Source: an uncultured Clostridia bacterium (GTDB lineage: Bacteria > Bacillota > Clostridia > Christensenellales > UBA1242). Taken from it: DNA of 64,000 nucleotides. The stretch is from contig CAKVLQ010000002.1 in NCBI GenBank assembly GCA_934757845.1, forward strand, positions 54,958-118,957, written 5' to 3'. Shown piece after piece: positions 8,715 to 17,481 of this stretch (position 1 is the first letter of the stretch; each line of letters opens with the position of its first letter). The notes beneath the pieces are model-generated. The model worked only from the letters and a program-made list of their open reading frames with translations, ran no database searches and was not told where the DNA came from. The position numbers and the translations under genes were made by a program.

Positions 8715-8747
8715 AACCACAAAAATTTTTTTTGTGTGGTTTTTTTG
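8715..8747 (+). terminator. terminator-like hairpin between def and fmt
   Basis: Stem ACCACA/TGTGGT with A-run and T-run flanks (AAAACCACAAAAATTTTTTTTTGTGTGGTTTTTTT). Confidence 0.4.
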
Positions 8748-8761
8748 TTTTTGGAGAAGTT

Positions 8762-9706
8762 ATGAAGATAGTTTTTTTTGGCTCACCAGATTTTTCTGGG
8801 TTGGTGCTTGAAAGTTTGATAAATTCAAAACATCAAGTTGTTGGTGTTGTTACAAATGAAGATAAAAAGGTTGGAAGAAAACAAATTTTAACCAAAACTC
8901 CTGTTAAAATTATTGCAGAAAATCATAATATACCTGTTTTTCAATTTCATAAAATTAGGCTTGAAGGATATGAAACACTTAAAAGTTTGAATGCAGATAT
9001 TTTTATAACTTGTGCTTATGGACAAATTATAAGCAAACAAATTTTGGAGTGCGCTAAATTTGGCACAATTAATGTTCATTTTTCACTTTTGCCAGCATAT
9101 CGTGGTGCAAGCCCAGTTCAAAGTGCTCTTTTGCAAGGCGAAAAAATAACAGGCGTTACAATTATGCGAACAGATGAAGGCATCGACACGGGTGATATTA
9201 TTTGTCAAAAATCTCTTGAAATTGAAAGTGCTGATAATGCTCAAACTCTTTTAAACAAACTTGCAATTCTTGGTGTTTCAATGCTTGGCGGGGTGCTTGA
9301 AAGTTTTGAAAATGGCACAATCAAATTCACAAAACAAGGCGATAATTTTTCTTATTTTGGAACAATCAAAAAAGAAGACGGACTTATTGATTTTGGAAAA
9401 AATAGCACGCAGATTGAAAACAAAGTTAAAGCTCTTTATTTGTGGCCCAATGCTTATGCATTTTTAAACGGAAAAACTTTAAAAATATTTAAGGCAAATG
9501 CTTTTGAATTTTGTGCAAGCAAAAATTATAATTTGGGTGAAATTGTTTTGGCAGACAAAACTGGTCTTATTGTGGCTTGTGGAAACAACACATTTTTGAA
9601 AATTGACGAACTTCAACTTGAAGGTGGGAAAAGGCTTTTTTATAAAGACTTTTTGAATGGAAATAAAAATTTATTAGGAACAATTTTGAATGGAAACTTT
9701 GCTTAA
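8762..9706 (+). CDS. fmt: methionyl-tRNA formyltransferase
   Basis: GGAGAA RBS before the ATG at 8762 (MKIVFFGSPDF). HFSLLPAYRGASP motif. The track ORF start at 8732 lies inside the hairpin. Confidence 0.92.
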   Translation: MKIVFFGSPDFSGLVLESLINSKHQVVGVVTNEDKKVGRKQILTKTPVKIIAENHNIPVFQFHKIRLEGYETLKSLNADIFITCAYGQIISKQILECAKFGTINVHFSLLPAYRGASPVQSALLQGEKITGVTIMRTDEGIDTGDIICQKSLEIESADNAQTLLNKLAILGVSMLGGVLESFENGTIKFTKQGDNFSYFGTIKKEDGLIDFGKNSTQIENKVKALYLWPNAYAFLNGKTLKIFKANAFEFCASKNYNLGEIVLADKTGLIVACGNNTFLKIDELQLEGGKRLFYKDFLNGNKNLLGTILNGNFA

Positions 9707-10733
9707 TTTTAGTTTGGAAGAAATGGAAAAAATAATTGTTGGCTTTGGCGAAGCAAAATTTCGTGCTGGTCAAGTTTTTAATGGGCTTTATCTTGGAAAA
9801 AGTTTTAATGAAATTTCAACTTTAAGCACCAACTTAAAAACTTTTTTGCAACAAAATTATTACAGTCAGCCACTTTCAATTTTAGATTATAAACTTTCGA
9901 AAGACGGAACGGTTAAATTTGTTTTAAAAACTCTTGACAATAATATTATTGAAAGTGTTTTGATGAAATATGAATATGGCTATACATTGTGCGTTACAAC
10001 TCAAATTGGTTGCAATATGCATTGCAAATTTTGTGCCAGCGGACTAAATGGCAAAGTTAGAGATTTGTCTTGTGGCGAAATTTTGGCAGAAGTTATTTTG
10101 GCAAACAAGTTTTTAGACGGAAAACTTGGCGAAAAGCGAAAGATAACTAACATAGTTTTGATGGGAAGTGGCGAACCACTTGATAATTATGATAATTGCA
10201 CCAAATTTATAAAATTAGTTGGTTTTGAAAAAGGTTTTAATATTTCACAGCGGAACATTTCACTTTCTACCTGTGGAATAGTTGAAAATATTTACAAACT
10301 TGCAGATGACGGATTTAAAGTTACTTTAACCATAAGTTTGCACGCAACAAATGATGAAGCCCGAAAACAAATTATGCCAATCGCTAGGCGTTATACAATA
10401 AAAGATATTTTAACCGCTTGTGAATATTATTACCAAAAAACAAATCGAAGAATTGTGTTTGAATATACTTTGATTAAAGGTGTTAATGACGATTTGAATG
10501 AGTGCAATCGTATTCAAAATTTGTTTAAACGCTATAAAATGCAATATCACTTTAACATTATTGCCTTAAACGAAAATGACGGCATGACAACTTTGACTTC
10601 AACAGGAAGGGAATATGCTCGAAAGTTTACAAATTATCTTTCAAAACTTGGGGTTTCTGCAAGTTTAAGGCGAACACTTGGAGAAGATATTGAAGGGGCT
10701 TGTGGAATGCTTCGCCAAAAATACCTAAAATAG
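9690..10733 (+). CDS. rlmN: 23S rRNA/tRNA A2503 methyltransferase, radical SAM
   Basis: CNMHCKFCAS (CxxxCxxC), GSGEPL, and a C-terminal GxxIxxACGML-like end. Overlaps the fmt stop. Confidence 0.9.
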   Translation: METLLNFSLEEMEKIIVGFGEAKFRAGQVFNGLYLGKSFNEISTLSTNLKTFLQQNYYSQPLSILDYKLSKDGTVKFVLKTLDNNIIESVLMKYEYGYTLCVTTQIGCNMHCKFCASGLNGKVRDLSCGEILAEVILANKFLDGKLGEKRKITNIVLMGSGEPLDNYDNCTKFIKLVGFEKGFNISQRNISLSTCGIVENIYKLADDGFKVTLTISLHATNDEARKQIMPIARRYTIKDILTACEYYYQKTNRRIVFEYTLIKGVNDDLNECNRIQNLFKRYKMQYHFNIIALNENDGMTTLTSTGREYARKFTNYLSKLGVSASLRRTLGEDIEGACGMLRQKYLK

Positions 10734-10775
10734 GGCAAAAAAAACTTCGCAATACTGCGTTAACTGAAAAACGAG

Positions 10776-10883
10776 CCAAAATGGTCATGTATTTATATAC
10801 ACTCCCACTTTGGCTCATTTTTCGAGCCTTGTCTTGCTTGTTTTTTTGCTCTATTTATATTTAAAGTTTGTGTTGGCAATTTG
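10776..10883. repeat. 108-nt intergenic repeat, copy A
   Basis: Direct comparison with 10987-11094 shows 104/108 identical and no indels. Confidence 0.95.
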
Positions 10884-10973
10884 AAAAAGTGCTTGTAGCA
10901 CCTTGTGGCATTTTTTGAGCCTAGCACTGCTTGTTTTTTAAACTAACTTATATTATTTCTTTAAAATGTAAAA

Positions 10974-10986
10974 GTGCCTGTGGCAC
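10974..10986. repeat. GTGCCTGTGGCAC hairpin motif (copy 1), preceded by AAATGTAAAA
   Basis: Perfect 5-bp stem with a 3-nt loop. Identical 13-mer at 11115-11127 and a degenerate form GTGCTTGTAGCAC at 10889-10901. Confidence 0.9.
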
Positions 10987-11094
10987 CCAAAATGGTCATT
11001 TATTTATATACACTCTCACTTTGGCTCATTTTTCGAGCCTTGTCTTGCTTGTTCTTTTGCTCTATTTATATTTAAAGTTTGTGTGGGCAATTTG
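10987..11094. repeat. 108-nt intergenic repeat, copy B
   Basis: See copy A. The offset between copies is 211 bp. Confidence 0.95.
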
Positions 11095-11114
11095 TTTAAA
11101 ATTAAATGTAAAAA

Positions 11115-11127
11115 GTGCCTGTGGCAC
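11115..11127. repeat. GTGCCTGTGGCAC hairpin motif (copy 2)
   Basis: Identical to 10974-10986 and also preceded by AAATGTAAAAA. Confidence 0.9.
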
Positions 11128-11137
11128 CTTATGCAAA

Positions 11138-11596
11138 TTAATCTTGGCTTACAAAAAACTGCTTTAAACTTTCAACAAATTCTTCATTTGTGGAAATAAG
11201 TTTTTTTATCAAATTTATTTCATCAAGGTCAGAAAAAATTAAAAATGAATATAATTTAGGGTTTGTTTCGCAAATAGTAAGATACAAAATTTCGGCAATT
11301 TCAAATGTCGATTTTTTTGTTAAGTTTGCAATTTTTAGTGATATGATATTTTGATATTTATCAAAAAAATTTGCTTCTTCAATCTCTCTATTATATGATT
11401 TTATCAACATCTTGCATTCGTCAATAATAACTCCATATTGTTGCACAAAATTTGCACATAAGTTTTTAAATTTTTCGGGTTTAATTTCAAGCAAAAAGTT
11501 GTCAATAGTCTTTTCAATTTGTTTTGCAATTTGGTATGACGAATTTATTATGTTTACGCTATTAGAATTATCCATATTCAGTATTTTTGGCATCAA
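11138..11596 (-). CDS. hypothetical helical protein
   Basis: 152-aa ORF, divergent from the cyclase gene across a 48-bp gap. No motif recognised. Confidence 0.5.
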   Translation of the reverse strand: MMPKILNMDNSNSVNIINSSYQIAKQIEKTIDNFLLEIKPEKFKNLCANFVQQYGVIIDECKMLIKSYNREIEEANFFDKYQNIISLKIANLTKKSTFEIAEILYLTICETNPKLYSFLIFSDLDEINLIKKLISTNEEFVESLKQFFVSQD

Positions 11597-11644
11597 TTTG
11601 TTTTTTATGCAATAATTTTACTAATTTGGCAAAAAATAATCTTG

Positions 11645-12898
11645 ATGAGCAAAGATTTAGTTTTGTTGTTATACACAATTTTAATTTCGCTTTTTGTGGT
11701 TGTTTTGTTAACCATGCTTTTTTATGTTTTTAACAAAAAAGTGCTTTCAAAATTAAAGTTGAGTTTAAAACTTTGTTTTTATATTGCAATTTATTCCATA
11801 TTTTTGATGATAACTGAATATTTTGTTGTTGACTATTTTTCAAACAATTATCAAATTTCAAAATATACAAATTGGGTTTTGTGTGGCGTGTTTGTGGTTT
11901 ATTTTTTGCTTGTTTTTTTAACACTTATAATAAATTTACACCCACTAAAAAACATTGAAAAAAACACTAAAAAACTTGCAAGTGGGGCAAAAAAATTAAG
12001 TGATGAAATTTCTGGAAGCAAAGAATTCGACAAAATTGAGCAAAACCTTAATGACATTAAAAACAAAGGAATATCAAGTGAAGAATATAAACTTAAATTA
12101 AAGCAAGAATATTACAAATTTGTTCCACGAGAATTTTATGACTATTTGGGAAAAAACGAAGTTTTTGAACTAACGCTTGGCGAGAATGTTCAAAAAGATG
12201 TTACAATTTTGTTTATTGATATAAGAAGAAGTTACAAAACGAGTGAAAGTTTAAGTTTGGACGACAACTTTAAGTTTATTAACAATTATTTAAGCACTGT
12301 TGGCGAAAGTGTTAGAGAAAACCACGGCTTTATTGACAAATTTTTGGGAGATGGTGTTCTTGCGGTGTTTTTAAGTGAACAAGATGCACTAACTTGCTCA
12401 ACAAAACTTGCTAACAAGTTTGAAAATATAAATTTAGTAAGCCTTGGCGAAGATAAAATTAAATATGGAATTGGTATTCACAGCGGGAAAGTTGTTATTG
12501 GCGTTGTTGGCGAAAAAGAAAGGTTAACTCCAACCATAATAAGCGATAGTGTTAATCTTGCTTATAAAATTGAAAGTTTAAACAAAATTTTTATGTCTAA
12601 CATTTTGTTCACAAAAGAAGTTTTGAACAATCTTCCAAAAAGTTTTGAAATAAATTATAGATATGTTGGCACTGTAAACATCGACGACTATGGTGTTTCG
12701 GTTTTTGAAAACCTTGACGGATTTGTTGGGGCAAACAAAACAGCATATTTAAAAACCAAATTAATTTTTGAAACCGCAGTTAGAAATTTTGAAGAAAAAA
12801 ATTATAAAAAGGCTCGCAAATTGTTTATTGATGTTTTGAAAATAAATGATGACGATAATCTTTCAAAATTTTATTTAAAAAAATGCAAAATAATATAA
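11645..12898 (+). CDS. membrane-anchored class III adenylate/guanylate cyclase with a TPR-like C-terminus
   Basis: Four N-terminal TM helices. Cyclase homology motifs VTILFIDIRRSY, KFLGDGVLAVF and GIGIHSGKVVIGVVGEKERLTPTIISDSVNLAYKIESL. Confidence 0.8.
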   Translation: MSKDLVLLLYTILISLFVVVLLTMLFYVFNKKVLSKLKLSLKLCFYIAIYSIFLMITEYFVVDYFSNNYQISKYTNWVLCGVFVVYFLLVFLTLIINLHPLKNIEKNTKKLASGAKKLSDEISGSKEFDKIEQNLNDIKNKGISSEEYKLKLKQEYYKFVPREFYDYLGKNEVFELTLGENVQKDVTILFIDIRRSYKTSESLSLDDNFKFINNYLSTVGESVRENHGFIDKFLGDGVLAVFLSEQDALTCSTKLANKFENINLVSLGEDKIKYGIGIHSGKVVIGVVGEKERLTPTIISDSVNLAYKIESLNKIFMSNILFTKEVLNNLPKSFEINYRYVGTVNIDDYGVSVFENLDGFVGANKTAYLKTKLIFETAVRNFEEKNYKKARKLFIDVLKINDDDNLSKFYLKKCKII

Positions 12899-12905
12899 AA
12901 AAACC

Positions 12906-12934
12906 GTTGACAAGAATGGTTTTTTTTAATATAA
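12906..12934 (+). promoter_or_regulatory. sigma-A promoter of ylxM-ffh
   Basis: TTGACA, 17-nt spacer, TATAAT. Confidence 0.55.
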
Positions 12935-12968
12935 TAAGTTCGTAAGGTAAAAAAGCCTTATTTAAGTT

Positions 12969-13283
12969 ATGAATTTAGAAAAATCAATAGAATTATCAAA
13001 TGTTTACAGTTTTTATAAAAACTTGTTAACAAAAAAACAGCAAGAAATTTTTGAAAGTTATTATTACAAAGATTTTGGCTTAACCGAAATTGCACAAAAC
13101 CAAGGCATAACAAAGCAAACGGTTTTGGACACGCTAAAAAAAACCGAAAAAAATTTGAAAGAGTTTGATGAAAAACTTAAACTTACAAAAATTTTTATAA
13201 GTCAAGAAAATTTGATTAATGAAATTAAGCAAAGCAAAAATTTGCAAAAACTAGATGAAATTTTGAATTTGTGGGAGAGTTAA
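12969..13283 (+). CDS. ylxM: UPF0122 HTH protein YlxM, SRP-associated
   Basis: The stretch LLTKKQQEIFESYYYKDFGLTEIA is typical of the family. Lies directly upstream of ffh, as in Bacillus. Confidence 0.8.
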   Translation: MNLEKSIELSNVYSFYKNLLTKKQQEIFESYYYKDFGLTEIAQNQGITKQTVLDTLKKTEKNLKEFDEKLKLTKIFISQENLINEIKQSKNLQKLDEILNLWES

Positions 13284-14603
13284 ATGGCACTATTTTCAAG
13301 TTTGAGTGAACGAATTGGAAGAATTTTTTCAAAAATGTCTAATCGTGGAAAACTAACTGAATATGAAATTAAAGATGCGATGCGAGAAATTAGAGTTGCA
13401 CTTTTAGAGGCCGATGTTAACTTTTTGGTTGTTAAAGATTTGATAAACAAAATAACTGAAAAAGCCCTTGGCGAGCAAATTTTAAAAAGTTTAACTCCAA
13501 CTCAACAAGTAATAAAAATTGTTAATGAAGAATTAACAAATTTGATGGGAAGTGTTAACAGCAAACTCAATTCAAGTTCAACTCCGCCAAACATAATTAT
13601 GCTTTGCGGTCTTCAAGGTGCAGGAAAAACCACAACGGTTGGAAAACTTGCTTTGATGCTAAAAAAACAAGGCAAAAAAGTGTTGACGGTTGGTCTTGAT
13701 ATTTATAGACCTGCGGCAATAAACCAACTTAAAGTTGTAAGTTCTAACGCTGGTGTTGAATGCTTTGAAAAAGGCACTCAAAACCCAGTTAAAACTGCAA
13801 ATGAAGCAATAGAGTTTGCTTTGAAACATGGTTATGACACTGTGATATTAGACACGGCCGGCAGGCTTTCGATTGACGAAGATTTGATGAACGAATTAAA
13901 GTCGATAAAACAAAAAGTTAACCCAACCGAAATTTTGCTTACTGTTGACAGTATGACAGGTCAAGAAGCGGTGAATGTTGCAAAAACTTTTGACGAATAT
14001 CTTGACATTACTGGCGTTGTGCTTACCAAACTAGACGGCGACACAAGGGGCGGTGCAGCTCTTTCAATTAAAGCCGTTGTTAACAAGCCAATTAAGTTTT
14101 GCTGTGTTGGTGAAAAAATTGGCGACATAGAACCTTTTTATCCTGACCGTATGGCTTCAAGGATTTTGGGAATGGGCGATGTGTTAACGCTAATTGAAAA
14201 AGCACAACAAGCGGTAACAGAAGAAGAAGCCAAAAAAATGGAAGAAAAATTCAAAAAGAACAAATTTGACTTTGAAGACTATTTGGTTCAATTTGAAAAT
14301 CTTAAAAAGATGGGAAGCCTAAAAGACATAATGGCAATGATTCCTGGGCTTTCAAGCAAAGCCAAAATGATTGACAGCATTGATGAAAAGGCTCTTGCCA
14401 AAAACAAGGCAATAATTCAAAGCATGACAATAGAAGAAAGGCGAAATCCTGATTTGATTAAAGGCTCTCGCCGAAAACGAATTTGCAGTGGAAGTGGCAC
14501 AACAATTCAAGAAGTTAATGCTCTTTTAAAGCAATTTGAACAAACAAAGGAAATGATGAAACAATTTAATAACAAAAAGGGTTTCAAAAAGTTTCCATTT
14601 TAA
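13284..14603 (+). CDS. ffh: signal recognition particle protein
   Basis: GLQGAGKTT, DTAGR, TKLDGD and a Met-rich M domain. Confidence 0.96.
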   Translation: MALFSSLSERIGRIFSKMSNRGKLTEYEIKDAMREIRVALLEADVNFLVVKDLINKITEKALGEQILKSLTPTQQVIKIVNEELTNLMGSVNSKLNSSSTPPNIIMLCGLQGAGKTTTVGKLALMLKKQGKKVLTVGLDIYRPAAINQLKVVSSNAGVECFEKGTQNPVKTANEAIEFALKHGYDTVILDTAGRLSIDEDLMNELKSIKQKVNPTEILLTVDSMTGQEAVNVAKTFDEYLDITGVVLTKLDGDTRGGAALSIKAVVNKPIKFCCVGEKIGDIEPFYPDRMASRILGMGDVLTLIEKAQQAVTEEEAKKMEEKFKKNKFDFEDYLVQFENLKKMGSLKDIMAMIPGLSSKAKMIDSIDEKALAKNKAIIQSMTIEERRNPDLIKGSRRKRICSGSGTTIQEVNALLKQFEQTKEMMKQFNNKKGFKKFPF

Positions 14604-14661
14604 CATTGATTAATTTTTTTAACAAAAATTAATATATACAAACTATAAAAGGAGAAAATTT

Positions 14662-14910
14662 ATGGCAGTTAAAATTAGATTAACAAGATTAGGAGACAAG
14701 AAAAATCCATTTTACAGAGTGGTAGTTGCAGATTCTCGTTATCCTCGTGATGGCAGATTTATTGAAATTCTTGGAACTTATAATCCGCTAAAAGAACCAG
14801 TTGAAATCAAAATTGACAACGAAAAAGCCGCTGAATGGATTAAGAAAGGTGCAAAACCTACTGAAACCGCTCACGCAATTTTGGTTAAAAGTGGCGCAAT
14901 AGAAAAATAA
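14662..14910 (+). CDS. rpsP: 30S ribosomal protein S16
   Basis: N-terminus [35 protein letters not shown]. Confidence 0.96.
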   Translation: MAVKIRLTRLGDKKNPFYRVVVADSRYPRDGRFIEILGTYNPLKEPVEIKIDNEKAAEWIKKGAKPTETAHAILVKSGAIEK

Positions 14911-14929
14911 GCAATAAGGAGAAGTTTTT

Positions 14930-15163
14930 ATGGAAGAACTTGTAACCTACATTGTAAAATCGCTTGTTAACAACAAAGACGATGTTAAAGTTGAAAGCGT
15001 CGCTGAAAATGAAAACACTGTTATTATAAAAGTAACTGTTAATCCTGACGATTTGGGAAAAGTTATTGGAAAAAACGGCAAAATTGCAAATTCTATTAGG
15101 GCGATTGTAAAAAGTGCACAACTAAACAACAATGTAAAATATTTCGTTAAAATAATGGAATAA
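14930..15163 (+). CDS. KH-domain RNA-binding protein (YlqC family)
   Basis: VIGKNGKIANSIRAIV (GxxG loop). Conserved position after rpsP. Confidence 0.85.
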   Translation: MEELVTYIVKSLVNNKDDVKVESVAENENTVIIKVTVNPDDLGKVIGKNGKIANSIRAIVKSAQLNNNVKYFVKIME

Positions 15164-15168
15164 AAAAT

Positions 15169-15198
15169 ATCACCAATTTTTGTTGGTGATTTTTTTTG
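15169..15198 (+). terminator. intrinsic terminator after the KH gene
   Basis: Stem ATCACCAA/TTGGTGAT followed by T8. Confidence 0.7.
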
Positions 15199-15248
15199 TT
15201 TATAAGAAAACATTTTATGTCATCACTTTTTGTTTTTGGAAAAATAAT

Positions 15249-15277
15249 TTGTAATATATATGTTTTTTTGATATAAT
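15249..15277 (+). promoter_or_regulatory. sigma-A promoter of rimM-trmD
   Basis: TTGTAA, 17-nt spacer, TGaTATAAT. The -10 ends 7 nt before the rimM ATG and no SD is present. Confidence 0.5.
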
Positions 15278-15284
15278 AAAAATT

Positions 15285-15779
15285 ATGAAAGAAAAAATTG
15301 AAATCGGAAAAATAGTTAAGGCGCGTGGGCTTGATGGAACGCTTAAAGTTTTAAGCGGATTTTTGCCTTCTGATTTTGTAAATTTAAAACAAGTTAAAAT
15401 AGATAATAACTTTTTTGATGTTGAGAAATTAAGTGGCAAACAAGGGTCTTTGTTTGTTAAATTAAAAAGCATTAATAATATAGAAGATGCTGATAAACTA
15501 AAAGATAAAGTTATTTTTGTTCGTCACGAAAATATTGCCCTAAAAAACGAAGAATATTTGATTGACGACTTAATTAATATGCAAGTTTTCACAAATGATA
15601 ATAAGTTTGTTGGAAACATTAAAAGCATAGAAAATTTTGGAAGTAAAGATGTTTATACAACAAAAAATAAAAATATCGAACATAGTTTTTGTTTGGTTGA
15701 AGGTTTAATTGAAAGTGTTGACTTTAAAAACAACAAAATGATATTAAACTCAAAAGTTTTAAGCGAGGTTATTTTATGA
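15285..15779 (+). CDS. rimM: 16S rRNA processing protein RimM
   Basis: N-terminus IEIGKIVKARGLDGTLKV plus a PRC-barrel C-terminus. Synteny with trmD. Confidence 0.85.
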   Translation: MKEKIEIGKIVKARGLDGTLKVLSGFLPSDFVNLKQVKIDNNFFDVEKLSGKQGSLFVKLKSINNIEDADKLKDKVIFVRHENIALKNEEYLIDDLINMQVFTNDNKFVGNIKSIENFGSKDVYTTKNKNIEHSFCLVEGLIESVDFKNNKMILNSKVLSEVIL

Positions 15780-16441
15780 AAATAGACATTTTAACACTTT
15801 TCCCTGAAATGTTTATGCCTCTTAAAACTTCAATTTTAAAACGGGCACAAGACAAAAATTTGATTGAAATTAACATAATAAATTTTAGGGAGTTTGCAAA
15901 AAACAAACATTCACAAGTTGACGATGTTCCTTTTGGTGGTGGCGATGGCATGGTTTTAATGTGTCAGCCAATTTTTGATTGCATAAACTCAATAAAAACC
16001 GACAAATCAAAAATAATTTATATGAGCCCTCGTGGGAAAACCCTAAAACAAAATATGATAAAAAACTATCTTAATTATGAACATATTATAATTTTGTGCG
16101 GGCATTATGAAGGTGTTGACCAACGAGTTATTGATTATTTTGATATGGAAGAAATTTCTATCGGTGATTATGTTCTAACAGGTGGCGAACTTCCTTCAAT
16201 GGTGTTTGTTGATTGCTTGTCAAGGCTAATTCCAAATGTCCTTCACAATGAGCATTCAACTGAAAGTGAAAGTTTTTCAACGAACCTTTTGGAATATCCA
16301 CAATACACACGCCCAGCAAATTTTGAAGGGCTTGAAGTTCCAGGCGTGCTTATAAGCGGAAATCACAAACAAATTGATTTGTGGAGAAACGAGCAAAGTT
16401 TGATTATAACCAAAAAAAATAGACCAGATTTGCTTGATTAA
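15776..16441 (+). CDS. trmD: tRNA (guanine37-N1)-methyltransferase
   Basis: MKIDILTLFPEMF, DDVPFGGGDGMV, GHYEGVDQRV. ATGA overlap with rimM. Confidence 0.95.
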   Translation: MKIDILTLFPEMFMPLKTSILKRAQDKNLIEINIINFREFAKNKHSQVDDVPFGGGDGMVLMCQPIFDCINSIKTDKSKIIYMSPRGKTLKQNMIKNYLNYEHIIILCGHYEGVDQRVIDYFDMEEISIGDYVLTGGELPSMVFVDCLSRLIPNVLHNEHSTESESFSTNLLEYPQYTRPANFEGLEVPGVLISGNHKQIDLWRNEQSLIITKKNRPDLLD

Positions 16442-16568
16442 TTTTTGTGAAAACAAATTATTTTAAACAAATAATTGCAAAAGTTGTTTTACAAAAAATT
16501 GGAGATTTATTTAAACGAAATAAAAAATTCACATCTAAAAAATTGATTAACATTAAAAAGGAGATAAT

Positions 16569-17402
16569 ATGAAAATAAATTGGTTTCCGGGGCACATGAA
16601 AAAAACCATGGAAGAGTTAAACGACAAAATTAAACTTGCTGATGTTGTAATTTATGTTCTTGACAGCAGAGCCCCAATCTCAACCTTAAACCCCAAATTC
16701 AAGGCAATTTTGGGCTCAAAACCAATAATTTTTGTTTTGAATAAAGCCGATTTTGTCGTTCAAAGTGAACTTTCAAAATTTTGCGATAATTTCGTTTCAC
16801 CAAATTCAAGGGTTGTGATATTAAACAGCACACAGCCAAATGCCTATAAAGAAATAATTTCAAAAACAAATGAACTTATGATAAAAAAACTTGAACGAAA
16901 CAAGCAAAAAGGCATTAACATTCCGCTTCGCCTTATGGTTATTGGTGTTCCAAATGTTGGAAAAAGCACGCTAATCAACAATTTTGCGGGCAAAAACAAA
17001 GCCGAAGTTGGCAACAAGCCAGGGGTTACAAAATCCACCAAATGGGTTAAGGTTAATGGAAATATAGAATTATTAGACACCCCAGGAACTTTGTGGCCAA
17101 ATCTTGATGACGAAGTAGTGGCAAGGCATCTTGCGTATATTGGTTCTATAAAAGACGAAGTTTTGATTTTAACCGATTTGTGCTTTGAGTTTATAAAAGA
17201 ACTTGCTCCAAAATATCCACAAAATTTTGAAACTCGTTATGGGGTTAATGTTGTTAGCAAAGAGCCAATTCAAATTTATGATGAAATTTGTGAAAAACGC
17301 GGGTTTATAATGAAAAACAAAGAAATTGACTATGAGCGTGGTGCAAAAGCGATTTTAGATGATTATAGAAAAGGAAAACTTGGCAAGATTGTTTTGGATT
17401 AG
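16569..17402 (+). CDS. rbgA: ribosome biogenesis GTPase A (YlqF)
   Basis: Circularly permuted GTPase: NKADF, then GVPNVGKSTLIN, then DTPG. N-terminus INWFPGHM. Confidence 0.9.
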   Translation: MKINWFPGHMKKTMEELNDKIKLADVVIYVLDSRAPISTLNPKFKAILGSKPIIFVLNKADFVVQSELSKFCDNFVSPNSRVVILNSTQPNAYKEIISKTNELMIKKLERNKQKGINIPLRLMVIGVPNVGKSTLINNFAGKNKAEVGNKPGVTKSTKWVKVNGNIELLDTPGTLWPNLDDEVVARHLAYIGSIKDEVLILTDLCFEFIKELAPKYPQNFETRYGVNVVSKEPIQIYDEICEKRGFIMKNKEIDYERGAKAILDDYRKGKLGKIVLD

Positions 17403-17438
17403 CCAAAAATTTCCACCATTAATAATAGAAAATTTTTG

Positions 17439-17465
17439 CAAACAAGTTTGACTTGTTTGTTTTTT
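17439..17465 (+). terminator. intrinsic terminator after rbgA
   Basis: Stem CAAACAAG/CTTGTTTG followed by a T-run. Confidence 0.7.
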
Positions 17466-17481
17466 GTGATAAAATTTTTTT

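Noticed and set aside
10776-11129. Possible CRISPR array.
   Set aside because: There are only two long (108-nt) copies with a 103-nt interval. No regular short repeat/spacer periodicity is present and there are no cas genes in the window.
10931-11167. 78-aa ORF (and the minus-strand ORF 10627-10818) running through the 108-nt repeats.
   Set aside because: The two repeat copies are read in frames that do not both stay open. On the minus strand, copy B terminates after 9 codons. There is no RBS, and the conservation is at the nucleotide level, which favours a non-coding element.
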